Below, piece by piece: positions 25,801 to 37,800 of a stretch of DNA of 64,000 bases; positions within the stretch are counted from its first letter, which is position 1, and each line of letters starts with the position of its first letter. Position numbers and translations under genes: made by a program. This DNA comes from Lytechinus pictus (lineage: Eukaryota), in NCBI RefSeq assembly GCF_037042905.1, contig NC_087251.1:22322001-22386000 (forward strand), read 5' to 3'. The notes beneath the pieces were generated by a model, which worked only from the letters and a program-made list of their open reading frames with translations, made no database searches and was not told the origin of the DNA.

Positions 25801-28800
25801 GACAAACGGTACAAGAACCCATTTATGTTCACAGCTTTTGTGTTCAAACCTGCCTAGCTACCACCATGCCTACCGTATCCTGCCCAATTCCAGGCTGCGA
25901 CTACGCCACGCCGGATCTGGATGCCTCTATTGTTGCTGCCCTGCTCACGACCCACTCCACAATTCATGCCTCTGCTGGGACAGGGTCTGCTGCCAAGATA
26001 GAGAAGGTCAAGAGGCCCACCATAGTTGCAGCCGGTACAAGCGAGGACTGGGCTTACTTCACTTCTCGATGGTCCGATTATGTGGAGAGTACCAAGATAC
26101 CAAGGACAAGGACAAGGACGTGCAACTCCTTGAATGCTGCGATGAGCCTCTTCGCAAGGACCTTACAAGATCCTCTGGCGTCAGCCTCACCACCAAGTCT
26201 GAAGCAGAGGTGCTGGCGGCAATCAAGAGGCTCGCTGTGCGTGAGGAAAATACCATGGTAGCTCGAGTGGCGCTACATAACATGCGCCAGGACCGGGATG
26301 AGACAGTCCGCAGCTTCGGGGCCCGCTTACGTGGTCAAGCAGGGATCTGTAAGTTCATCATTAAGTGCCCTGGTTGCTCTATGGATGTCAACTACACTGA
26401 TGAGATACTGCGGGATGCCCTGACCAGGGGAATCGCTGACCCCGAGATTCAGCTCGACCTCTTGGGGGACAAGAACCAGAAGATGTCTTCCAGTTCATCG
26501 AGGCGAAGGAGGCTGGCAAGCGTTCTGCTTCATCCCTCCTGCACTCTCACGTCGTAAACTCCGCTAGCAGCTCATATCGGAAAACCAAGCAAATGCACCT
26601 CAAGGATGGCCAAGACTTGTGTAACTACTGTGGCAAGAAGGGACATGGACGGGGTGCCCCTGCTCACGTCCGTAAGACACAATGTGATGCCTATGGACAC
26701 AAATGCAGGCACTGTGATAGATTCCACCACATGGAGAACGTATGCCGAAGCAGGGACAAACCAAAACGTCTCCCTCCGGTGACCCCTGAGGGACAGGAGA
26801 ATGCTCTATTTGACTCCTTTTGCTCTGTTCATGGCTATGATCACTCATGCGGAGGCCATGGCATTCCCCTTGATCATCACGTTTATGATAGCCTTAACCA
26901 AGCATGGATCAGAAGGAAGTCTTCCCCGCAACCCTTTGTAGATGTGACTGCTCTGGTTGTCCCTGATGACTACGAAGCTCTTGGATTTCGGCTCTCCTCC
27001 CCTACGATGCCTCAATCTACCCCTGCTATGGCTGACACTGGGTGCCAGAGCTGCTTGGCCGGCATGAAGATAGTTCGCCGCCTTGGATTACGTCAACGGG
27101 ACCTCATCCCTGTTAGTATGAAGATGCGGACTGCCACTAAAGGGGGCGTCAGGATTCTTGGGGCCATTCCATTGTGTCTGTCTGGCACGGGTGCTCAAGG
27201 CCGTACCGTCTGGACGAGACAGCTTACCTACGTCACAGACAGTTCTGATCAGCTCTTCCTCAGCCGGGAAGCCTGTGTTGGCCTTGGAATCATCTCAGAT
27301 AGTTTCCCACAACTGGGTGCGACACGAGACCCGCCCCTGTCGGACACGGCTGCAGTCCTTGAGGGGCCTCATACAAGACGTGCCTGCCACTGCCCTCAAC
27401 GTAGATTGCCCCCACCGCCTCCCACCTCACTACCTTTCCCGGCAACTGAGGACAACCGTGCCAAGCTCCAGCAGTACCTCCTTGATTATTACAAGAGTAG
27501 TACGTTCAACACTTGCGAACACCAACCACTGCCCCTGATGGATGGCCCTCCCATTAAACTGATGGTGGACCCCGATGCAGAGCCTATCGTACATCACACC
27601 CCCGTGCCTGTACCACTCCACTGGCGGGATGCAGTCAAGGCAGCATTAGATCACGATGTTCAGCTGGGTGTGCTTGAACCTGTACCTGTTGGTGAGCCTG
27701 TCACTTGGTGCCATAGGATGGTTGTGTGTGCCAAGAAGAATGGCAAACCGAGAAGGACTGTCGACTTCCAGGCCCTCAATGCTCATGCAACCCGCGAGAC
27801 ACACCACACTCAATCCCCTTTTCTCCAAGCGAGGTCAGTTCCACACGGCAAGAAGAAGACTGTCTGTGATGCTTGGAATGGCTACCACAGTGTACCCATC
27901 TGCCAGGAAGATCGCCATCTCACAACATTCATCACACCCTGGGGTAGATACCGCTACAAAACCGCGTCTCAGGGATACATCGCTTCTGGTGACGGCTACA
28001 CCAGGCGATACGACGAGATTGTATCAGCCATCCCATACAAGACAAAGTGTGTTGATGACGTCTTACTCTGGGCGGACACATTAGCTGACAGCTTCTTCCA
28101 AGCAGTCGAATGGCTAGACATCTGTGGTAGGAAAGGGATCATCCTCAACCCTACCAAATTCACACTTGGCGCAGATGTTGTCGAATTCGCAGGATTTGAA
28201 ATCACTACTGACAATGTCCGGCCATGCCAGAAATACCTGCAGGCGATCCTTGATTTTCCAGCACCGTCTAATATCACTGATGTGCGGTCATGGTTTGGGC
28301 TTGTCAACCAAGTATCGTATACCTTCAGCATGACAGAGAAGATGTTACCATTTCGTCAGCTCCTGAAGCCCAGTACGCCATTTGTGTGGACTACTGCCCT
28401 CCAGCGTGCCTTTGAAGACTCCAAGGCTGTTATTGCCGGCGAGATCGAAGATGGCGTGAGGATATTTGACCCCAGAAAGCCGACCTGCCTGGCAACGGAC
28501 TGGTCTAAGGATGGCATTGGCTTTTGGCTTCTGCAGAAACACTGCACCTGCGATGGCACTATCCCCTTCTGCTGTGTCACAGGTTGGAAGGTAACACTTG
28601 TAGGGAGTCGGTTTACTCATGCTGCTGAATCCCGCTACGCCCCAGTGGAAGGCGAGGCTCTAGCAGTAGCGGACGCCCTTGACAAGGCACGATACTTCGT
28701 CTTGGGATGCGAGGATCTCATCATTGCCGTGGACCACAAGCCACTACTCAAGATTTTCGGCGATAGGGCCTTGGAGGGGATCCCTAATCCCCGCTTGAGG

Positions 28801-31800
28801 AATCTAAAGGAGAAGACACTGCGGTACAAGTTCAGAATGTTCCATGTCCCTGGCGTCCATCACCGAGCTACAGATTGCCTCTCTCGCCACCCTACAGGCA
28901 AGGCAGAGAAATTACACCTCCCAGATGACGTAGCCATGGTTGGTGTCATGCGCCTGTCATTTCTGCACTCACCAACGCTAATGGGGGGCCTTCGGACCTC
29001 GGACCCTTACACTGATTCTGTTGAAGTCTGCACACTATCCTCTGCCATGTGTGCCTTGGACTCTATTCACCTCAAATCAGTTACATGGGATAGAGTACGT
29101 TCTGCGACAGCGAGTGATGACAACATGCAGACCCTCCTTGAACTCATCGAGTCTGGCTTGCCTGCCCATCGCCATGCATTTCCCCACCCACTGCGTGAAT
29201 ACTTCCAGTTTCGCGATGGACTTTCTTCGGTTGATGGAGTTATCCTCTTCAATGATCGTGTACTCATTCCTCCTTCCCTCCGGGATGAAATCTTGACCCA
29301 CCTGCATGCTGCTCACCAAGGGGTTACCTCGATGATTGCTCGTGCTGACGCTTCTGTCTTCTGGCCTGGCATCACCCCCGCGATCAGAGCCCTACGTGTA
29401 ACCGGATAGCCCCATCCAATCCCAGTGCACCGCCGGCTCCCCTAATCTCGCCGGCCTTCCCCTTTCAGTGTATCTGTGCAGACTATTTTCATTACAAAGG
29501 ATGCAACTATTTGGTCATAGTGGACAGGTACTCGAACTGGCCAATCGTCGAACGGTCTGCACAGGGGGCGAATGGACTCATCACATGTCTCCGTCGTGTC
29601 TTCGCTACCTTCGGTATTCCCGACGAGCTGGCTTCTGATGGTGGCCCTGAGTTCACAGCGGTAGCTTCGCGTTGTTTCCCTTCGGATTGGGGCATCCATC
29701 ATCGTCTTGCCTCTGTTGCATTTCCCCACAGCAACTGTCGAGCTGAGGTTGCTGTGAAGACCATCAAGCGCCTTATCATGAGCAACACGGGCACTACTGG
29801 TTCCCTTGATACGGATCACTTTCAACGGGCGATACTTCAGTATTGCAACACCCCAGACAGGGACACGAAGCTATCCCCAGCCATGTGTGTCTTTGGCCAC
29901 CCGATCCAGGACTTTATTCCTATTGCCCCTGGCAAATACAAGCCACACGACACCTGGTGCGAGACCCTACAGGCAAGGGAGGAGGCCCTTCGCAACCGTC
30001 ACATGAAGGGAGCAGAACGCTGGAAGGAACACACCAAACGGCTTCTTCCACTTGTTGTTGGCAACCACGTCCGCATTCAGAACCAAACAGGGCCGCATCC
30101 TCTGAAATGGGACAAGACCGGCGTGGTGATTGAAGTACGGCAGCATGACCAATACCTGGTCCGTGTTGATGGATCCGGCCGGATCACACTAAGGAATCGC
30201 AAGTTTCTACAGCATTACACTCCGGTCCATCGGCCCTTGCCACCGAGGACAGTGGAAGATGACCTTCGTACCCGGAGTTACCCGAACACCCCATCTGCCC
30301 CGTTGATCTTGACACCTACTGCTGTGTCTGGCGGACTACCATCACCATCCCCGTGTCCGGTTGTGCCCACTCCGTCTCCTCGACAGCAACCTGGGCCCAT
30401 CACCGACGCCTGTCCATCAACGGTGACTGATCAACCTGATGGCTCCCACCAACCAGACCCTGTTGATGTCTTGTCATCCCCGGCCGGCCGTGCTGCCCCA
30501 GCTGCAGTTCCTCGTGAAGCTTCCCCTTCCGTGGCTGATCGACCGCCTCCTCCTACTCCATCACCTGAGGATGACGGCATCGCTCCTGCTGCCACACCAG
30601 CTCCTTCGCCCAGGCGATCTCTCCGTCAGGCCGGTAGACCTGCATGGCACTCGGATTACGAGATGTCTCTCTAGCGTGCTATGACATCCTTTTTGTGTTC
30701 TTGGAGTTTCTGTTTTACGCGTTTTTGTTCCTGCTGGTGTTCGTGTTTGCAGTTATTTGGACGTTACATTTTGCTTTTCTTCTACTTTTTGGAGTTAACT
30801 GTTTGGAGGAGCCTTTCAAAATAGACATTGCTTTTTGGACAGGAATTTCATCTTTGCCACTGACTCGTTTTTTATCACTTTTCGTCGTACCAAAGGCTTG
30901 GGGGGAGATAGAGGATTCTAAAACCTACTTCTACTGTTCTGCTCTTTCCACAGCTGTGAACATTGCTGATTCAGCATCTACTGGATAAAGACAAACGGTA
31001 CAAGAACCCATTTAGTATTCTAAGGCTTGTTTGCAGGAATTCACTAAGACCGTACGTATTTCACTAACCAAATGATGCGAGAGCGATGCGCGAGCTGAAA
31101 ATTTTTTATATTGAGATAAGAAAAATTTACATTATAAGGACTGATTTTAGGGATTCATGAAGAGCAGACATCTCACTAAACTAATGAGAACGTTAGCACG
31201 GACATGAAATGTTTTACATTAAGACATTAAAATAGGGCAATCACTTTTAGTCAAGAAAAAGAAGCAAATGTCACTACACTGAAACAATAATAATTCGAAT
31301 TGCGAGGAAATATATTTGGTGTACAGTATATTGAATTGAAAACGGGAGGTTTTAGTACAACAGGATTATATATCTTGTTAAACAGTCTATGCGATCACCA
31401 GGAACAACAAAGACATAGGCCCGCTTGGATGGGGAAAATGGCAGCTTGTCGCAAGTGATGTGATTTGCGTCGAGAGCAGTTTTGAGCAGACCTGTACCAC
31501 CGGTGACGAATATAAGTGATAAGTAGACGGTAAAGTTGATTTATTTCGTCTTTTCTTGTTACGTCGTGTTTTTATTGTTACTATTCATACTCTATCAAAG
31601 ACGTTATCATGGATAATAACTCGCCCCTTCACAAGAAAATCAAGCGGAACACTGCACACGCAGACCTAGCGGTTCCTCTCCAAGGATCCCCCGATACTGC
31701 AGGCGCCGGCCATGGGCGTGAACCCCTAGCGAAGCGGGATATTCTCGCTCCATCTTCCAGCACTGCTGCGGAAGCCAATATAACGGCTGCCATTGACAAG

Positions 31801-34800
31801 CCCCCTCTATATGGTTCATCCAGTTTTTTGAGAATTTTGAGAAGAGACAAGATGCCCGCATTGAGTCAATTCTCGATAAGAAACTGCATCAACTTACTTC
31901 GAAGCTGTCTGAACAGGATGAGAAAATCAAATCCTTGAGTTGACTGTTCTTAATGATGCTGTTAAGTCCTTGGAGGTTCAAAATGGAAAGCTGGAGAGAA
32001 AATTGGATGACCTTGAAAATCGTTCAAGGAGAAACAATTTAGTAGTCTTCGGATTGAAAGAGTCCAACAACGAGGATTGTAAGAATGTGATCCATGATTT
32101 CCTACAGTTTGCAGAGGTGCCAGAGGAGGACATCAAAAATACCCAGCGATGCCACCGTACTCCATCATTTCGTTCCCAGTCAGAAAATGTGCAGCGTCCC
32201 AGGAGGATCCACATTGGCTTTGGCTCGTTTACTGCAAAGGAAAGAGCTCGCAAATGCTGCATGAAGATGCTGAAGGCATCAAAATCGCTCTACCAAGATC
32301 AGAAAGCCTTTGTAGCTGAAGACCTTTCACAGCATGTTCTACAACTGAGGAAAGCCATAGCTGGAGCATTCAAACGTCTGAAGGAAGAGGGCAAGAGCCC
32401 TTTTTTTGTCTTTCCTGACAAGTTATGCTACAAGTCTCCTAATGGGAAATTGATTACAACGTAACTTCGTTCTCTTCCACATGTATTAAATAACTTTCGT
32501 TGCATCTCTACTGTGTCTTCCCAATTGAGCCTGAGAGAGAGAGCGTACTGAACTTTTGATCAAGAGTTAAACAAAAAAATTACTTAGTGGGCTATTCGTA
32601 AAGTACGCAGTATTGTTGATATCCCTGAGCCAAGTTTTTAATTCAACACATTTAGCTTTTGGATATATTTTCAACAGATCAGGGGCAGCAATTGTGGATT
32701 ACATGATCATGACAAAAATAGCTGAACAAGGCTGTAATGTGTCTTTAAAATTGAAGTCTTATCTGTTTTGAAACTTTTGAGATGAGAATTTGTCCATTTT
32801 TAAACAGCATCTTTGAGATACAACAAGGTTTTTTGTGGGTTTAACGAGTTGATTTATGTTTTGCAAGAAATTGCAGTCATTCTTTTTTCTTTGTTATAAA
32901 AGTGCCACAATTTGTCTATGAGGCAGTTTTAGATACCGTAGTTTTAATCACATGGTGAGTTTTGCTCAAAGTTGCTCAAATTTGTTGTTGTTTTTTATAC
33001 TGCTAGCACCTAAGACCAGGGCTGTGTGTGATTTGAAGCCTTTGTTTGTTCCTGGTGCCTTGGTTTCCCATCACTACTTTACTTCCAATTGTTTGTTTAT
33101 TTGATGTTTTTTCTTTTGTATTTTCGATTCGTTTTTAATGTTATCCTGATGGTATTTTGTAACAGAGCAGTACATGTAAATGTGTATATTCAATCCTATG
33201 TTTCGTCTTGGGCAGATACATGTATGATGAGGTGTCTTGAACGATTATACTTCCATTTTCGTCTAATGTACGTATTTATTGATAATGCTTACCAAAGTGA
33301 TATTTTTCCTTTTGAACCATGTATGTAACCTTATCTACTTTCAATTGTCGTGGAATTCAGGACCTCATTAAAAGGAGAAAAATATTTCATTATTTACGCT
33401 CTATCGAAAGTGATATAATATTTCTCCAAGAAACACATTCATCACCTAATGATGAAAAGTTTTGGTCACAGCAATGGGGAGAACATTCTTGGTTTTCTAG
33501 TTTTTCTTCTAATAGTAGGGGGGTTGCAATTTTGATTCGCAAACATCTTGCTCCCACAATACATAACATATATAGTGACCCTAATGGGCGTTATTTGATT
33601 ATGTCTATTACCATACATGATATGTCTCTGATTCTTTGTAATATATATGCTCCTAATGAAGATGATCCAGATTTCTTTTTTTATGTATTTAGTAGAATTA
33701 ACCAATATCCCCATGCCCCTCTTATGGTTGCAGGAGACTTTAATGCAGTATTAGGTCCATTAGATTATCAAGGCAAAAAACAGAAACATTCCAATGTTAA
33801 AGCAAATGAAACTGTTAATTTCTTGTTGGACGAATATGATTTAATTGATATTTGGAGATATTTCCATCCAAATTTACGTCAATATACGAGACATCAAGAT
33901 AACCCGAAAGTGCTGTCCAGATTAGATTTTATACTTGTTTCTAATACCTTGGTTAACAACTGTATTTCTTCTAAAATATATCCAGGTATACAATCAGATC
34001 ATTCACCAGTACTGTTGAAATTTAAATATGCCCAACCCCCTAAAGGTCCTGGTTTTTTGGAAACTCAATTGTAGCTTTTTGTCTAGTGATCCAGATTTCA
34101 TTCAGGTAGTGAAACAAGGTATAAGTGACTTTAAACTCGATCATCAAGAGTCAGAGTGCAATCCAAATATAATTTGGGATGCCTTAAAATGCAAAATAAC
34201 TGGGATAGGTATGGAATATGGTGCAAGAAAGAAGAAAGAAAGGAAAAGGGAGAAAATTGATTTATTGAAAGAGATTGATTCAACTCAAATGCAATTAAAC
34301 CAGCACCCTCTGAATAATGATCTCATTGAAAAATTGAGTCAGCTTAATAATAAGCTCAATAGGTTACTTGACAATGAAACAAAAGGTTTGATTATTCGTT
34401 CGCGATCTCGTTGGATAGAAGAAGGCGAAAAAAGTAGCAAGTATTTTTGCAACCTAGAGAAGAGATATGCAGAAAAGAAATCAATATATCGAATTAAAAA
34501 TGACCAAGATCAAACAATTTCTAATCAGGATGGTGTTTTGGATGAAATTCATAAATTTTATCAAAACTTGTACAGAAAACAAAATACCCAACAAACTGAT
34601 ATTATTGAATTTTTAGATACAATTGAAATCCCCAAATTAGCTGAGAATGTCAAAACTTTTTTAGAACAACCAATTTCTAATGGGGAAGTTTATGAAACCA
34701 TAAAGTCAATGAAACGTAACAAATCTCCTGGTTTTGATGGATTGCCAATATAATTTTATATAACATTTTGGCCTGATATTTGTGACTTACTTTTAAATTC

Positions 34801-37800
34801 ATTTAATTATTCAATGGAGAGTGGCATGATGTCGAATTTTCAAAGAAATGGTATAATAACGTTGATTCCAAAGAAGGATAAAGATGTTAATTATTTGAAA
34901 AACTATAGACCAATTTCGCTTTTAACTGTTGACTACAAAATTTTTACCAAGACTCTTGCAAACCGCTTGAATTTTTTTTTAAACCCCTTAATTCACCAAG
35001 ATCAGTCTGGTTTTCTAAAAGGAAGAAATATTGGTTTTAATATTAGGTTGATTTTAGATTTGATTGAATATACTGAGGCAAATAATATCCCTAGAGCTAT
35101 TTTACTCCTTGATATACAGAAAGCATTTGACAGTGTAAACCACGACTTTTTGATAGAAGTTTTGAATCGCTTCAATATAGGAACAAAATTTATTAAGTGG
35201 GTAAAAACCATTTATTGCGAGAGGAAAAGTTATGTTATGAATAATGGATTTTCAACTAAGGTAATTAATATGGAAAGAGGCATATTCCAAGGGTGCCCAA
35301 TTTCCCCCTATCTTTTTTAACTTGTAATTGAAACAATGGCTTTAGCTGTGAGACAAAATGACATTATCAAAGGTATTCCAATCCAAAATGAAGAAGTGAA
35401 AATTTCATTGATGGCGGATGATTCAACTTGTTTTTTGGATGGTTCCTTGGAATCTTTTAATATTTTATTTCAAGTGCTTGATAAATTTGCTAGTAGTTCA
35501 GGGTGTAGGCTTAACTTATCTAAGTCAGAAGCTATCTGGATAGGAAGGAAAAAAGGTTGTCAAGATTTCCCATTTGCTGAAAGAGGTCTAACATGGAGAG
35601 ATAATTCTTTCAAAACATTGGGTATTCAATTCTCGTTGAATTTTAATTCACTGTATAGTCTTAACTATGTTCCTAAGCTGAGGCAGATAGAGAATATATT
35701 GAATTGTTGGTGCTCAAGAAATTTGTCTTTTGTTGGAAAAATCTGTGTTATTAAAACTTTATTAATGCCTCAGTTGCTGTATTTACTATCTGTTTTGTGT
35801 ATTAAAATTCCAAGCAAATTTTTTAAGGATCTAAATATTTTATTTTACAGATTTATTTGGAATGGAGGCCAGGACAGAGTAAAGAGGAAATATTTTTGTA
35901 ATGACTTTTCTGCCTGTGGGCTTAAAATGGTTGATCCCTATACATTTTCAATGGCTCAGAAAATGATTTGGGTAAAATTTTTGTTAAATGATAATTACAA
36001 TAGTGGATGGAAATTAATTGAAGTTTCCTTTTTAGACAAATTTAATGCAATGAGGGACATTTTGTGGAAGGCCCATGCACCTGAACAAATTTTGAATAAT
36101 TTAAATTGTTCCCTACTTGCAGACTCAATCCGGACCTGGTACTTGTTTAGAGATAAAGCATCCAGAAAAGAGTTTGGTTATGATTATTTGTATTTGGGTT
36201 ATTCACATTGTATTTGGTTTAATAGAAATGTCAGATCCAAATCTAAACAATTTTTCTTTTATGAAAATTGGTTTAATAAGGGCATAGTTTTTATAAGTGA
36301 TCTCTTTAATCCACCCCATCCAGGTTACAAGTTATTTGAAGAGTTAGTTCTCGACTTTGAAATTTCAGCAAAAGATAGAAGAAAATATAATTTTCTATTA
36401 CAAAATATTCCTGGTCCATGGTTAGATTGGCATAATAATCCAGATTTAGATATCCATTCCGAAGTTGTAGATAAATTATTAGAGAAAAGGAAAGTTAGCA
36501 GTTATGCATATTCGATATTTTTCGATCAATGTCTCCCAGATAATTGTATTTCCTTTTGGGAAAAGTCGTGCCCTTCTAACGACAAAGTAGACTGGGAGAA
36601 AATACATATGCTGAATTTTAAGAGTACTATTGATAGCCGCCTCAGATCATTTTATTTCAAGGTGTTTCATAAGACAATTGCCCTTAATGCATTTTTATTT
36701 AAAATCAAGAGAAAAGATTCCCCAAACTGTTCATTCTGTAAAAGAGACCCTGAAACAATTGTACATATATTTTGTGATTGTCCGGTGGTTAACCTTGTAT
36801 GGGATGATCTTTTATCTATAATAAACCAAAAACAACATTCGAATATTATCCTTTCCCCCTTTGTAAAGGTTTTTGGTATTCAAGGTGATAACTTTCTAAC
36901 ATTCATTTTCCTTGCTTTCAAATACTATGTTCACTTTTGTAAATTTAATAACAAAAACCCCAATATTGTGGAATTCAAAGCTCGTATCAAAGGTATTAAG
37001 GATATTGAATATGTTTTGGCGAAGAAAAATGGTAAATTACCTGTACATTTTAAAAAGTGGAGATTTGATATCTAATTTGTTTTATGTATCTGTCTCGACA
37101 AGTATATACCTACATGTACGTAAGTGCTGCTCTGTTTTTAATCATGTAAATAGCTTGTTGATTTGTTTGATTTGTACTGTGATTTATTTTTTGATCAATA
37201 AAGATTAAAAAAAAAAGACATAGGCCCTGAGCAAATAATGTTTCATAAAGTTATGAAAAAATGCTTCTTATGTAATATAACATAATGTAATATAACATTA
37301 TAATGAACAATAATTTTTTCTTTCCCCACTACCTTTCTCTTCCTTTCTCCCTCTTTTTTTCATTTTCCCCGTTTTTTTTGGGCCAGTCGATTTGGGGGGG
37401 GGGGGGGGGCTCGTGCCCCCCATGCCCCCCGTAGTTACGCCACTGATGATTATGATACAAAATATTGCTTGTTTCTGATTTTGCCTATCTAGTTGTATGA
37501 GATTGACATGTAGTTCACTATAAAAAAATATAAGAAAACGGATAAATATAAAGGAAATCTGATGTGTTAGACTACTTTCAAAATGACAAGTAGGTATTAC
37601 TCTTAATCTGCAGGGTTCGTCCTTAAGTGATGATCCCGGCAATTGAGGTGTTGATTTGACAATGAATGTCTACTCTTTATCACTGTGCATTGATCCATTA
37701 ATTTACATTTGATCTTTCATAAGCTTTAATTTGATACCAAACATAACATGGAAGAACAGCGGTATTTTATTAATACCGCTGAAATGGGCCATCCTCCATA

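Larger units (their letters stand above)
25730..31014 (+). mobile_element. Ty3/Gypsy LTR retrotransposon (PR-RT-RH-IN order, CVDD-type RT, no chromodomain seen)
   Basis: Identical 96-bp direct repeats at 25730-25825 and 30919-31014; purine tract GGGGGGAGA at about 30900-30908; GC-rich gag-pol remnants; host repeat resumes on both sides with a residual GTA duplication. Confidence 0.96.
31423..37214 (+). mobile_element. Full-length L1/Tx1-clade non-LTR retrotransposon
   Basis: About 13-bp TSD AAGACATAGGCCC (31410-31422, 37215-37227); AATAAA at 37197 plus poly(A); YY1-like AAAATGGC near the 5' end; ORF1 and ORF2 present. Confidence 0.96.
24857..37445 (+). mobile_element. hAT-type non-autonomous element hosting the Gypsy and L1 insertions
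   Basis: TIR CAGTGGCGTA...TACGCCACTG; perfect 8-bp TSD ATGATTAT (24849-24856, 37446-37453); the pieces are colinear with the intact copy at 13088-14280. Confidence 0.92.

Noticed and set aside
26059..30152. Antisense and alternate-frame ORFs within the Gypsy element
   Set aside because: Shadow ORFs of GC-rich coding sequence with no recognisable motifs.
30644..30988. env-like transmembrane ORF after the integrase
   Set aside because: Short, arises from a T-rich 3'UTR and runs through the purine tract and LTR.
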